This document shows positions 17,914 to 26,943 of a stretch of DNA of 64,000 nt, piece by piece; position 1 is the stretch's first letter; each line of letters starts with the position of its first letter. Source of the stretch: a bacterium (GTDB lineage Bacteria; Patescibacteriota; Minisyncoccia; Phycocordibacterales; UBA6899); contig JAYTCK010000013.1 in assembly GCA_043736515.1 (NCBI GenBank), positions 12,214 through 76,213 on the forward strand, written 5' to 3'. The notes under the pieces were generated by a model, which saw only the letters and a list, made by a program, of their open reading frames with translations, searched no databases and had not been told where the DNA came from. A program made the translations under genes and the position numbers.

Positions 17914-19623
17914 TTATGAGCTCTTTGTTGCACGCACAATCTCCTCGAGAGTTGTTTCTCCTGAAAGCACCTTGGTAATGCCGTCTTCGAGCATGGTTTT
18001 CATCCCTTCGGCGCGTGCCTGTTTGGTGATGATTTCGGCGGACGAACGGGCTGCAATGAGTGCGCGAATCTGGTCGGAAACTTCCATGACTTCAAAGATT
18101 CCAAGGCGGCCGTGATAACCCGTATCGCCGCATAGCTTACATCCATTCTTTGCGCCACGGTAAAAACGAATTTTTGCAATGTCCTTTTTTCCGGAAAATT
18201 CTTTGATCAACTTGGTCAGCTCCGGTTCACTTTTTAAAAGTGCTAATTCATCTCCCCCAAGGAAATAATTGGTTCGACATCTGTCACAAACACGTCGCGT
18301 GAGACGTTGAGCAATAATGATATTGATCGAAGAAGAAATAAGGAAAGGCTCAATCCCCATTTCAACAAGTCGAGGAAATGTTGTTGATGCATCATTGGAG
18401 TGTAATGTTGAGAGAACAAGATGTCCGGTCATTGCAGCATTCACCGCAATTGACGCAGTCTCGTTATCGCGAATTTCTCCAACCATCACAATATCAGGAT
18501 CTTGGCGTACGATAGAACGCAGTCCTGTTGCAAAGGTAAGTTTCTTTTTTTCGTTCACCTGCGTTTGTTGGACATGCTCAACAGCATACTCAACCGGGTC
18601 TTCAATTGTCATAATATTCACATCAGATGTATTCAGGATTTGGAGGATAGCGTAGAGGGTCGTTGTTTTTCCAGCACCTGTCGGTCCCACAGTAAGAATC
18701 ATGCCGTATGGCTTGCGTGACGCGCGTTCTACTTTTGCTAAATCGGAAGTATCAAATCCAATGTCAGTGAGTGAGAAGCGCTGTGACTCTTCAGCCAAAA
18801 GACGCATGACAATATTTTCTCCGTGCGTCACGGGAAGTATTGAAAGACGCACATCAAATTTTTCCGGGCGTTCATTTGGGGTAAGAGGGTCTGCCGCAAA
18901 ACTAAATCGTCCGTCCTGCGGAGCCGCGTGTTCATCAGTACGAAGTCGAGACATGATCTTAAGGCGAAACACAACCTTCTCATGAAGTGGCAGTGGGTAG
19001 CGCGATAGTTCATGCAGTATGCCGTCGATACGAAACCTAACCGACACATGTGCGAGGAGTGGTTCAATATGAATATCAGACGCACGAGAAGAGTGCGCAT
19101 ATGCAAGAATGTAACTTACAAATGTCACTACGTCTTGATCGCGAAATTGTACCTTGAGCTGCTCCAATGTTTTTTCGATTTTATCTCCAAAACTTTTTTC
19201 ATATTGCCTGAGCACTTCACGCAATGCTTTAGGGGTCGCATACGAGATCAAGACCGTCTTCCCATGCTTGCGTTCAATCATGTTAAAAAATTCGTAGTTG
19301 TTGGGATTTGCAGTTGCAATGGAGAGAGACTTCTCATCTTGCCGAAAAATTACCGCCTCCTGACTGCGTGCAACAACCTCGGGAAGAAGTTCGAGTAACT
19401 CTTTTGGAATCCTCTCTTGTGCGAGGTCGATGAAATTAACTTGAAAAATACTTGCGAGCAATTGTCCAAGATGTGCGTCGGAAATAAGTCCGCTCTGCGG
19501 CAAGTATTCGAGGATTGGAATCCCCTTTGCTTCGACATCTTTTGCAGCCTGATCAAACTCCTCGGCTGTCACAAGGTTCATGCCGAGTAAGTATGTTTTA
19601 ATTTGTGCTACGGAAATTTCCAT
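17914..19623 (-). CDS. pilB: Type IV pilus assembly ATPase PilB (GspE family)
   Basis: ASDIHIEP, GPTGAGKTTT, TIEDPVE, RQDPDIVMVGEIRD, TGHLVLSTLH, two CxxC motifs. Confidence 0.95.
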   Translation of the reverse strand: MEISVAQIKTYLLGMNLVTAEEFDQAAKDVEAKGIPILEYLPQSGLISDAHLGQLLASIFQVNFIDLAQERIPKELLELLPEVVARSQEAVIFRQDEKSLSIATANPNNYEFFNMIERKHGKTVLISYATPKALREVLRQYEKSFGDKIEKTLEQLKVQFRDQDVVTFVSYILAYAHSSRASDIHIEPLLAHVSVRFRIDGILHELSRYPLPLHEKVVFRLKIMSRLRTDEHAAPQDGRFSFAADPLTPNERPEKFDVRLSILPVTHGENIVMRLLAEESQRFSLTDIGFDTSDLAKVERASRKPYGMILTVGPTGAGKTTTLYAILQILNTSDVNIMTIEDPVEYAVEHVQQTQVNEKKKLTFATGLRSIVRQDPDIVMVGEIRDNETASIAVNAAMTGHLVLSTLHSNDASTTFPRLVEMGIEPFLISSSINIIIAQRLTRRVCDRCRTNYFLGGDELALLKSEPELTKLIKEFSGKKDIAKIRFYRGAKNGCKLCGDTGYHGRLGIFEVMEVSDQIRALIAARSSAEIITKQARAEGMKTMLEDGITKVLSGETTLEEIVRATKSS

Positions 19624-19634
19624 CTGTGAGAAAC

Positions 19635-20006
19635 TTATTTACCGGAAGGAGGGAGTACGCAGATTGCTTCAACAATATTGTGGACAGTGTTTTCGCCTTT
19701 CATAAAGTATGCGGTTGCACCTAGCGATAATGCCTCCTCTTTATCATGCTCTTGCGCCAGTGTGGAAAAAATAAATATCGTGGCATGTTTCGCTTCGGGT
19801 AAATTGTGGATTTTTTCAAGCACTTCAAAACCATCTGTTTTGGGTAAAATCAAATCGAGGACTACAACATCGGGTTTCCATTCTTTTACTTTTTGAATGC
19901 CCTCCTCTCCACCAGCAACAACAGCTACCTCCATGTTTGCCTGATGCAATTCAGACTCGAGGAGCGTGCTCAAGAATTTATCATCGTCAATTACTAAAAC
20001 TTTCAT
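19635..20006 (-). CDS. Single-domain response regulator (receiver)
   Basis: VLVIDDD, VVLDLILPKTDG, FST, YFMK. Confidence 0.9.
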   Translation of the reverse strand: MKVLVIDDDKFLSTLLESELHQANMEVAVVAGGEEGIQKVKEWKPDVVVLDLILPKTDGFEVLEKIHNLPEAKHATIFIFSTLAQEHDKEEALSLGATAYFMKGENTVHNIVEAICVLPPSGK

Positions 20007-20107
20007 AAAGATACTATAGCAGGAGTTAGGGTCTGGTGGCTAGGGTATGGGGTTTAGTGAAATGCTCGATGCAATTCTTCACTAGACACTAGTGGCTATA
20101 CCCTGCA

Positions 20108-20746
20108 TTATTTGTGTCCTAGTGGACATCCACTATGTTTGCGTGCCGGGCAATATTGTCGCCCATATTCGATAAGTAGGTACGTTACGCGGAACCAGTC
20201 CTTTTGAGAAAACATTTCCATGAGGTCCTTTTCGATCTTGTTTGGCAGAATTTCATCCGAAAGACCGAGTACCCGAGCAAGACGTTTCACGTGTGTGTCC
20301 ACAGCAATCCCCTCCACTATCCCATATGCATTCCCCAAGACGACGTTTGCTGTTTTTCGTGCCACACCGGGAATAAGCAGCATCTCCTTCATTGTTCGCG
20401 GCAATGTGCCATGAAACATCTGTTTCACCATACGTGCCGCAGCGAGAATATTTTTTGTTTTGTTACGATAAAAACCGGACTGAAAAATCATTTGCTCAAA
20501 TTCACGAGGATTTGCATGCACATAATCTTCAATTGTGGGGAATCGTGCAAAGAGAGCCGGAGTAATTTCATTAACTTTTTTGTCGGTACACTGCGCTGAA
20601 AGTTCCACTGCAACGAGAAGCTCCCAGTTATTTGTAAAACGAAGCATCATTCCTGCACCAGGAATAAGTCGTTTTAGTTTTTTTAAAATAGCTCTACCCC
20701 GCAACATGCGTGCACGTTTCTGAGATATCGTTTCATGACGTTTCAT
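20108..20746 (-). CDS. nth: Endonuclease III
   Basis: LSAQCTDKKVN, PGVARKTANVVL, AVDTHVKR. Confidence 0.93.
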   Translation of the reverse strand: MKRHETISQKRARMLRGRAILKKLKRLIPGAGMMLRFTNNWELLVAVELSAQCTDKKVNEITPALFARFPTIEDYVHANPREFEQMIFQSGFYRNKTKNILAAARMVKQMFHGTLPRTMKEMLLIPGVARKTANVVLGNAYGIVEGIAVDTHVKRLARVLGLSDEILPNKIEKDLMEMFSQKDWFRVTYLLIEYGRQYCPARKHSGCPLGHK

Positions 20747-21258
20747 ATACTCGAATCGAATACAGGGCGACCGACATACGGGGGTATCGCAGCAACAGAT
20801 TCTCCGGAGATTGTGAGATTGTGCACGTCCACAACAAAGCGAGTGAGCGCTCCATTACTCCTTCCGTAGAACATTAGTGTTGTTGCGGTGAGCCACGTGA
20901 ATGAGACATCATCCGCCTCAACAGAAAACGCACCTTCAAGAACATATAAAGCACGTGGGCGGGCGACCTCAACATACACCGCAGGCATTCCAGAGTGAGT
21001 GGGAGCAACGTATGCTCTCTTTGTTCGCAAATGATTCGCATACTGTGCATCTATGGGCACGCTTGGCGCATTTGTAATTTCTCTTATCACAAGCACGCCA
21101 TCGATTGATTGTCCCACCGTGACACTTTGTGTTTCACGGTACATTGCTAATTTTGCTGTTTCAGGTGAAACACGAGAAAAAAAATCTCCGGATGTTTCAT
21201 ACGCGAATGCGAGCAGGGCAATAAGGAGGGCGATAATGGTGAACAGGTATCGTGGCAT
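20743..21258 (-). CDS. Hypothetical membrane-anchored or secreted protein
   Basis: N-terminal hydrophobic helix; 4-bp overlap with nth. Confidence 0.7.
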   Translation of the reverse strand: MPRYLFTIIALLIALLAFAYETSGDFFSRVSPETAKLAMYRETQSVTVGQSIDGVLVIREITNAPSVPIDAQYANHLRTKRAYVAPTHSGMPAVYVEVARPRALYVLEGAFSVEADDVSFTWLTATTLMFYGRSNGALTRFVVDVHNLTISGESVAAIPPYVGRPVFDSSI

Positions 21259-21292
21259 ATTTTTAGTGTAGCGAAGTAGAAAAAAAGTACAA

Positions 21293-21344
21293 CCCAGCCC
21301 CAGTTTTGTTTATGGGGATTGCAAAACTGGAGCTGGGCGAGCGG
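21293..21344. repeat. Palindromic repeat family B, copy 2
   Basis: cccagccccagttttg...caaaactggagctgggcgagcgg. Confidence 0.65.
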
Positions 21345-21347
21345 GAT

Positions 21348-21836
21348 TTACACTTTGGTGATAATTTCTACTACCCCCGTAGCACAATCAAAATAGACAT
21401 TACGCCCCACCGTTCCGCCGATCACTTCTGTTTCAATTTTTATTCCCAATTCAAGGAGGCGAGCTCTGGCAGACTCAGTGTTTTCAAAGCCAATACCTTT
21501 TTTGTCACCATCAAGAAGTGTAAACATATGTGCGCCTCCCACGAGTTTAGCAACAAGACTTTCGCGCTTAGCTCCCCGTGCTTCAACCTCAAGGAGAAGG
21601 ATATCAATTGCCTTGTCCGCATATTTTGAAAAAAGTCTTCCCTCACTATCCCGGGTTGTATTTTGGTATTGATCGTCCCTTGCACGGGGAAGGATCGCAT
21701 GGGCCATTCCACCCACACGAGCAAGTCCGTCATGAAGCACAACAACAACGCATGAGCCAACACCATTTGTCACAATGGTGTACTCGTGATTTCCTGCAAA
21801 CAATTCCGCGATGCGAATTTCGATAGTTTTGCTCAT
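21348..21836 (-). CDS. cheD: Chemoreceptor glutamine deamidase CheD
   Basis: TNGVGSCV, GGMAHAILP, KYAD, AKLVGGAHMF, GGTVGR. Confidence 0.92.
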   Translation of the reverse strand: MSKTIEIRIAELFAGNHEYTIVTNGVGSCVVVVLHDGLARVGGMAHAILPRARDDQYQNTTRDSEGRLFSKYADKAIDILLLEVEARGAKRESLVAKLVGGAHMFTLLDGDKKGIGFENTESARARLLELGIKIETEVIGGTVGRNVYFDCATGVVEIITKV

Positions 21837-21840
21837 ATCA

Positions 21841-22491
21841 TTATGAGACTATTTTACTTGTGAGCCTCAAAATTTCTTTTACGGCCTCTGGTCCAAGAAA
21901 AAGATACATGCGGCCTGTAACTTCTTCACCAAGATGACAGTCAGTTGCGTCTGGTGATGGATCAACACAAATGGTTACATTCATGGAAAAAAATTCTTCG
22001 TGCCGGGCAAACATTGAGGCGGTCAGCGAGTTGAAGATTGCTCCACCCATATCAACAACAACATTCGGTACGGAATGCTCGAGTGAACAATGAAGGAATT
22101 TTTCAAGTCCCTGGAGCATTCCTCCTGTCAGCACATTTCCTACTTCTTGAAAGACGGACCTGTCGAATGCATCAAGCGCGCGAAGATCTCCTACTTTTTT
22201 TCCGGAAAGGACTTGAAGAAGGTGTATCGCTGTGTCACGAGGGAAGAGCAGAAAAACATATCCGTCCAAACCACCCGAAATGCGGAGCAACACCGCAAGG
22301 GCAATATCTTGAGGCTTATCGATAAAGTGCGCAGCACTGACAGAAGTTTTGAGAGACGACATGGGAACACTGATCGTTGTCCTCTGTCCTACTAATTTCG
22401 AGAGAGTTGTGCCAGCATGAGACACGCCAATATTTAAAAGTTCAGCAAGCTGGTCTTTTTCATCTGCTGTAAGTTGGAGTAGTGATGTCAT
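21841..22491 (-). CDS. cheC: CheY-P phosphatase CheC
   Basis: D.LAELLNIG..HA.TTLS and QEVGNVLTG repeats; SVPNVVVDM. Confidence 0.9.
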   Translation of the reverse strand: MTSLLQLTADEKDQLAELLNIGVSHAGTTLSKLVGQRTTISVPMSSLKTSVSAAHFIDKPQDIALAVLLRISGGLDGYVFLLFPRDTAIHLLQVLSGKKVGDLRALDAFDRSVFQEVGNVLTGGMLQGLEKFLHCSLEHSVPNVVVDMGGAIFNSLTASMFARHEEFFSMNVTICVDPSPDATDCHLGEEVTGRMYLFLGPEAVKEILRLTSKIVS

Positions 22492-22496
22492 AAAAA

Positions 22497-24239
22497 TTAA
22501 TGTGAAGATACTTCTGTAGAAGTCGTTTCACGCAAAATGTCCGCATGAGTGTTCTCCAGTATATCTCCGAATGCGCGAAGGAGTAAACCGTGGGTATCCA
22601 GGAGAAGAACGGTGCGCCCATCGGGAAGAAGGGTTGAACCCGAAAAACCTTGAATTTCGCGCAGGACGGGTGGAAGTGATTTTACCAAAAGCTCCTGCTC
22701 GCCCACACACGAATCAACAACGAGAGCTACTTCTTCTCCTTCTATGGATAGGAGTACAGCGTGAAGCTCTTGTCCCAATACTGTTTTCCGAAATGTATCG
22801 CCAAATGTTATTCCAAGGAGTCGACTAAGCCAAAAGATGGGTACAGGTTTCTCGTTTAATACAATGTTGGGTTGATGGGCACTGCGCACAATAGTATCCG
22901 GAGCAATATCAAATGTCCGCACAATACTCGTAAATGGGACTGCAAAAGTAAATCCACTCGCACGCACAATAAGCACCTTTACCGTCGCAAGAGAAACGGG
23001 TAAGTCGAGCAAAAAGCGTGTCCCTCCTTTTTCAGAAAGTGGCGACACAATACTCACGTGTCCCCCGACATCTTGAGTAAACACGCGCACCGCCGAAAGT
23101 CCGACACCTCTTCCGGAGATATCGGTCACCTCAGTGTTTGTTGACATGTTGGGATTAAACAGGATGTCAGCAATTTCATTATTACGGAGCACCACTCCAA
23201 CTTCTTTACTTACTATTCCACGTTCAATTGCAACTTCTCGTACACGTTCGTAATTTATTCCTGCACCGTCATCTGAAACGATTACATGCACACGATCATT
23301 TTTTCGCTCCGCCTTAAGTGTCACTGTTCCGCTCTTTACAATGCCATGATCAACGGCATTTCGTAGAAGATGTGCGAGGGCTCCACCTAAACCTTCAAGC
23401 ACCGTACGATCGAGTTCGACATCGCTTCCTTCTACGTGAAACGACACCTGCTTGCCTTCTCGAAGCGACAAATCCCGGATCATGCGAGGGAACTGCCCAA
23501 ATATCTGTTCAACGGGAACCAACCGTACACGCAAGAGTTCACTCTGTGTTTCAGAAAGAAGACGCGCAAGTTCACTGAATAACCCTTTAAACTCTTGGAC
23601 AAAAAATAACTTTTGCTTCAGCATGGGGTCTGCAGTTGTTTTCGAAATATCCACAACCGGCTCTAGTATCGTGTCGAGCTTAAGGCGAAGCATGAGCATT
23701 TCTTCAAAAAGTCCCATGAGTGCGTCAAGACGTTCAACCGCAACGCGCACTGTTGTTGGCGGAACATAAGGAGCACTAATCAGATTTTTATTTACCACAG
23801 GAGTCGACACTGGTGGGGTTATGGGTGCTGTTTTTTCGGAAGTCCCGTTTGTGGATGGCTCGAGAAGCACCTTCAATGCACTTACGGTTGTCTCGACAGA
23901 AAGCTCTTTGTCAGCTTCTTTAATAGAAGCGAGCGACTGACCAAGATGATCTGTAGCAAGAAGTGCTGCGCTTACTGCCTCTTTGGAAAGCACGAGTGTG
24001 CCTTGTTCACACGCACGAAACACATCTTCCATAAGATGTGCGAGTCGCGCCATTTCCGTATAGCCCATAGTCGCTGAGGATCCTTTAATAGTATGTGCAC
24101 TGCGCATCAAGGTAGCGTAATGCTCAAGGTTACGCGGATCTTCTTCCAGCAAAAGAAGTGTGCGTGAAAGAGTGCTCAGCTGATCTTCGGCTTCCGTACA
24201 AAAAAGGTCTTTAAACTTACTTCTGGCATCAGGAGTCAT
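22497..24239 (-). CDS. cheA: Chemotaxis histidine kinase CheA (P1, P3, P4, P5; little or no P2)
   Basis: RSAHTIKGSSATMG, HLLRNAVDHG, DDGAG, DISGRGVGL, C-terminal CheW-like domain. Confidence 0.95.
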   Translation of the reverse strand: MTPDARSKFKDLFCTEAEDQLSTLSRTLLLLEEDPRNLEHYATLMRSAHTIKGSSATMGYTEMARLAHLMEDVFRACEQGTLVLSKEAVSAALLATDHLGQSLASIKEADKELSVETTVSALKVLLEPSTNGTSEKTAPITPPVSTPVVNKNLISAPYVPPTTVRVAVERLDALMGLFEEMLMLRLKLDTILEPVVDISKTTADPMLKQKLFFVQEFKGLFSELARLLSETQSELLRVRLVPVEQIFGQFPRMIRDLSLREGKQVSFHVEGSDVELDRTVLEGLGGALAHLLRNAVDHGIVKSGTVTLKAERKNDRVHVIVSDDGAGINYERVREVAIERGIVSKEVGVVLRNNEIADILFNPNMSTNTEVTDISGRGVGLSAVRVFTQDVGGHVSIVSPLSEKGGTRFLLDLPVSLATVKVLIVRASGFTFAVPFTSIVRTFDIAPDTIVRSAHQPNIVLNEKPVPIFWLSRLLGITFGDTFRKTVLGQELHAVLLSIEGEEVALVVDSCVGEQELLVKSLPPVLREIQGFSGSTLLPDGRTVLLLDTHGLLLRAFGDILENTHADILRETTSTEVSSH

Positions 24240-24286
24240 GTGTCTATTGTATCAGACATCATCCCGAAGTGAGCGTGGGGTAGCTC

Positions 24287-25372
24287 CTAGAATTTGCTGA
24301 CCCGATCAAGAATCCAATTAGGGATTTCCTCGAGGGCAAGTACTGCATCAACAACACCTTCGTGAAGGGCGCTTTTGGGCATAAATGGCACCACTGCTGT
24401 TTCTGGATCCTGGACAACTGTTACACCGCCATAAGATTTTATTGCACGGAGTCCCAATGTCCCATCACTTCCCATTCCTGAAAGCAACACCCCAAATACA
24501 CGCGAACCGTAACTCTTGGCAATTGTTTCCATGGTTTGGTCGATGACACCGTTTTCACTATCAGGGTTTGGAAAAGACAAGACAAATCGATGAGTACCAT
24601 CAGCCTCATCTTTTTTCGAATGCTCCTTATGCAGAAGAGAATATCCGCCGGGTACCACAAGTGCCGTGCCGGGCATAAATGCGTCATTGCCTTTTGCTTC
24701 CCGCACAGAAAGTCTGACGGTGCGATCGAGTCGTTCAGCAAAAAGCTCCGTAAAATATTTTGACATGTGCTGCACAACAACAAAAGCGATCTGTGGGGTT
24801 GGTGGAAAAATAGTGAGGAAGTGCTCAACTAATGGTGGTCCTCCAGTTGAAGCACCGATTACAACCACCGAAAGCGGGCTGTCATTGTGTGCATTACTTG
24901 GGATTGGTTTAGTACCGTGTATTTCAAGGTATGCGTATGCTTTCCTAATTTTTACTTGTTGAACCCCCACCTCATATATTTTTGAAACAATGGATTCTGC
25001 GATTTTTTCCAAATCCAAAGAAACCTCACCTGAAGGTTTTGCTATCACATGTGCTCCCGACTCACGTAACATCTGAAATACTTTTTGCCCGTCGGTGCCG
25101 TCAAAAGCGGAAAGCATGATGATCGCGGGAAGGATTTGATCGCCAAGCATAATCTCTGCCGTAGCTTCAATGCCATTTTTCTGAGGCATATGATAATCCA
25201 TCGTGATCACATCAGGCCTGAGATCTCGAGCAAGCCGCACAACTTCAGTCCCGGTGCTTGCAGTGCCAACAACCGTAATGCCGCTGTGCGCACGAAGAAG
25301 CTCGACGACATAGGTACGAATAAAAAATGAATCATCCGCTACGAGCACGCGAATGTCATCATTGTGATCCAT
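24287..25372 (-). CDS. cheB: Chemotaxis methylesterase CheB (receiver + esterase)
   Basis: PDVITMDYHMP; GASTGG, VQHM and GMGSDG catalytic motifs. Confidence 0.95.
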   Translation of the reverse strand: MDHNDDIRVLVADDSFFIRTYVVELLRAHSGITVVGTASTGTEVVRLARDLRPDVITMDYHMPQKNGIEATAEIMLGDQILPAIIMLSAFDGTDGQKVFQMLRESGAHVIAKPSGEVSLDLEKIAESIVSKIYEVGVQQVKIRKAYAYLEIHGTKPIPSNAHNDSPLSVVVIGASTGGPPLVEHFLTIFPPTPQIAFVVVQHMSKYFTELFAERLDRTVRLSVREAKGNDAFMPGTALVVPGGYSLLHKEHSKKDEADGTHRFVLSFPNPDSENGVIDQTMETIAKSYGSRVFGVLLSGMGSDGTLGLRAIKSYGGVTVVQDPETAVVPFMPKSALHEGVVDAVLALEEIPNWILDRVSKF

Positions 25373-25399
25373 AAATATACAAAAGGCGCAGAGAAAGAG

Positions 25400-25765
25400 T
25401 TACGCGCTCAAATAGTGCTTTGCTTTATCAAGCACCTGGTCACGATCAAAAGGTTTCACAACGTAATCAAGTGCACCGAGAGACTTTGCTTCGGAGATCA
25501 TTTCCTGCTGTCCTACCGCAGACACAACAATGATTTTTGCTTCCTTGCCAATTTCGCGGAGTACATCCATTCCATTGAATTCCGGCATGATCATATCAAG
25601 AAATACAAAATCAGGATGTTCACTCTTGTATTTTTCAAGTCCCTCTCGTCCGTTACTTGCTTCAACAAAAGAGGAGTAGCCGGCGCTTTCAAAAATATCT
25701 CGAAGCACCTTCCGCATAAATGCGGAGTCATCAATAATTAAAATTTTCTTTGAATTGGTTTCCAT
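25400..25765 (-). CDS. cheY: Chemotaxis response regulator CheY
   Basis: IIDDSAFMR, FLDMIMP, VSAVGQ, YVVKPF. Confidence 0.92.
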   Translation of the reverse strand: METNSKKILIIDDSAFMRKVLRDIFESAGYSSFVEASNGREGLEKYKSEHPDFVFLDMIMPEFNGMDVLREIGKEAKIIVVSAVGQQEMISEAKSLGALDYVVKPFDRDQVLDKAKHYLSA

Positions 25766-25810
25766 AATGTAAGAATAGTGTAACATACGTGCCCTAATTC
25801 CGTGAAGTCT

Positions 25811-26425
25811 CTACGGTGCTAGTGGTGCGTCAGCAACGTGTAAAAGATCTTCTTGATTCAATATTTCCTCAAAATTAAGCCATAATACGGGTCGGAGTTG
25901 GTTTGTTTCAGGCAAAGGAGTGGGTGCTACTGGTTCCGGCCTGATCATAAAATCTTGTACATTATTTTGCTGCTGGAGTGGGAGCATATACATGAACATT
26001 CCTTTTACATAGCGTGGCGGAATATGTGCCGCTATGACGGGGTCAGGCGCAACAACATCCTTTTGCAAAATATGCACCACTGTTTTGGGGTGATCGACAA
26101 GAACTGCAAAATAGTTATTCTGTGTGTGTATGACAAAAAGATAACTTGGAATAAGTGGTCTCGTCCTCGCAAGATGCATGCGCTTGAGAATATCGAGTAC
26201 GACAACAACCTTACCGCGCATATGAAAAATCCCTGCGATGGATATTGGGGCATTCGGAACAATCGTCACAGGAGGGATTTTCATCACGTGATCAACATCG
26301 AGCGCCGGGACAGCATATATTTCCCCATCAATCTCAAAAAGAAAAAATTGCATGCGGTCATTCTCTTTTGTTGCATCTGATAGAGAATTAAATGCTTCAA
26401 TTGTTGGATCGGTTAATGTTTCCAT
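25811..26425 (-). CDS. cheW: Chemotaxis coupling protein CheW
   Basis: TIVPNAP..IAGIFHMRGKVVVVLD; likely start ATG 26425. Confidence 0.88.
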   Translation of the reverse strand: METLTDPTIEAFNSLSDATKENDRMQFFLFEIDGEIYAVPALDVDHVMKIPPVTIVPNAPISIAGIFHMRGKVVVVLDILKRMHLARTRPLIPSYLFVIHTQNNYFAVLVDHPKTVVHILQKDVVAPDPVIAAHIPPRYVKGMFMYMLPLQQQNNVQDFMIRPEPVAPTPLPETNQLRPVLWLNFEEILNQEDLLHVADAPLAP

Positions 26426-26466
26426 ACTATAGAGTATTGTAGCGCGGAGTGGGGTGCACAACAAAT

Positions 26467-26639
26467 GCGCCGGGAATTTCTCGCCTTACAGGCGCAGTAC
26501 CCCTTTCCCATTTCTGAGGATTCAGAAATCCTCAGAAATATGGGAGAAGGGCTTCGAATCCCGACGAAAGGCACGCAGGTGCCTTTCTCGCCCCGACAAT
26601 ATGAAAAAAGAACCTTCATTAGGTTCTTTTTTTATATTG
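26467..26639 (-). repeat. tRNA-Pro downstream module: long inverted repeat, antisense tRNA 3' end, and conserved core
   Basis: Same architecture and core sequence as 30416-30584. Confidence 0.8.
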
Positions 26640-26712
26640 TCGGGGCGCCGGGATTCGAACCCGGAGTCGCTCGCTCCCAAAGCGAGAATGTTAGCCGTTA
26701 CACCACGCCCCG
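26640..26712 (-). tRNA. tRNA-Pro(TGG), no encoded CCA
   Basis: CGGGGCGTGGTGTAACGGCTAACATTCTCGCTTTGGGAGCGAGCGACTCCGGGTTCGAATCCCGGCGCCCCGA. Confidence 0.93.
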
Positions 26713-26759
26713 TATATTTACTACCTTGTGACACACGCTCATTTCGCACAAGCACTGAG

Positions 26760-26883
26760 TGTTAGCCGTCTCCGTACCGGAGCTGTACACCTTTTGGATT
26801 TTTCGGAAAAAACCTCAAAAGGTCTTGCGGTGTGGCTCCCATAGGAATGGGTTCCCTTTTGCCACACCTCACACCACGCCCCG
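26760..26883 (-). repeat. Partial tRNA-Pro duplicate interrupted in the D-arm by a ~101-nt structured element (26770-26870)
   Basis: CGGGGCGTGGTGT | element | ACGGCTAACA. Confidence 0.85.
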
Positions 26884-26943
26884 TTAAACAACAAAACGCT
26901 CATCTGAGCGTTTTGAGTATAGCAGATAGTGAAACAAAGACAA

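Noticed and set aside
20027-20105. Loose 7-nt periodic motif (tagggtc/tagggta) between the receiver gene and nth
   Set aside because: Too degenerate and short to support a call.
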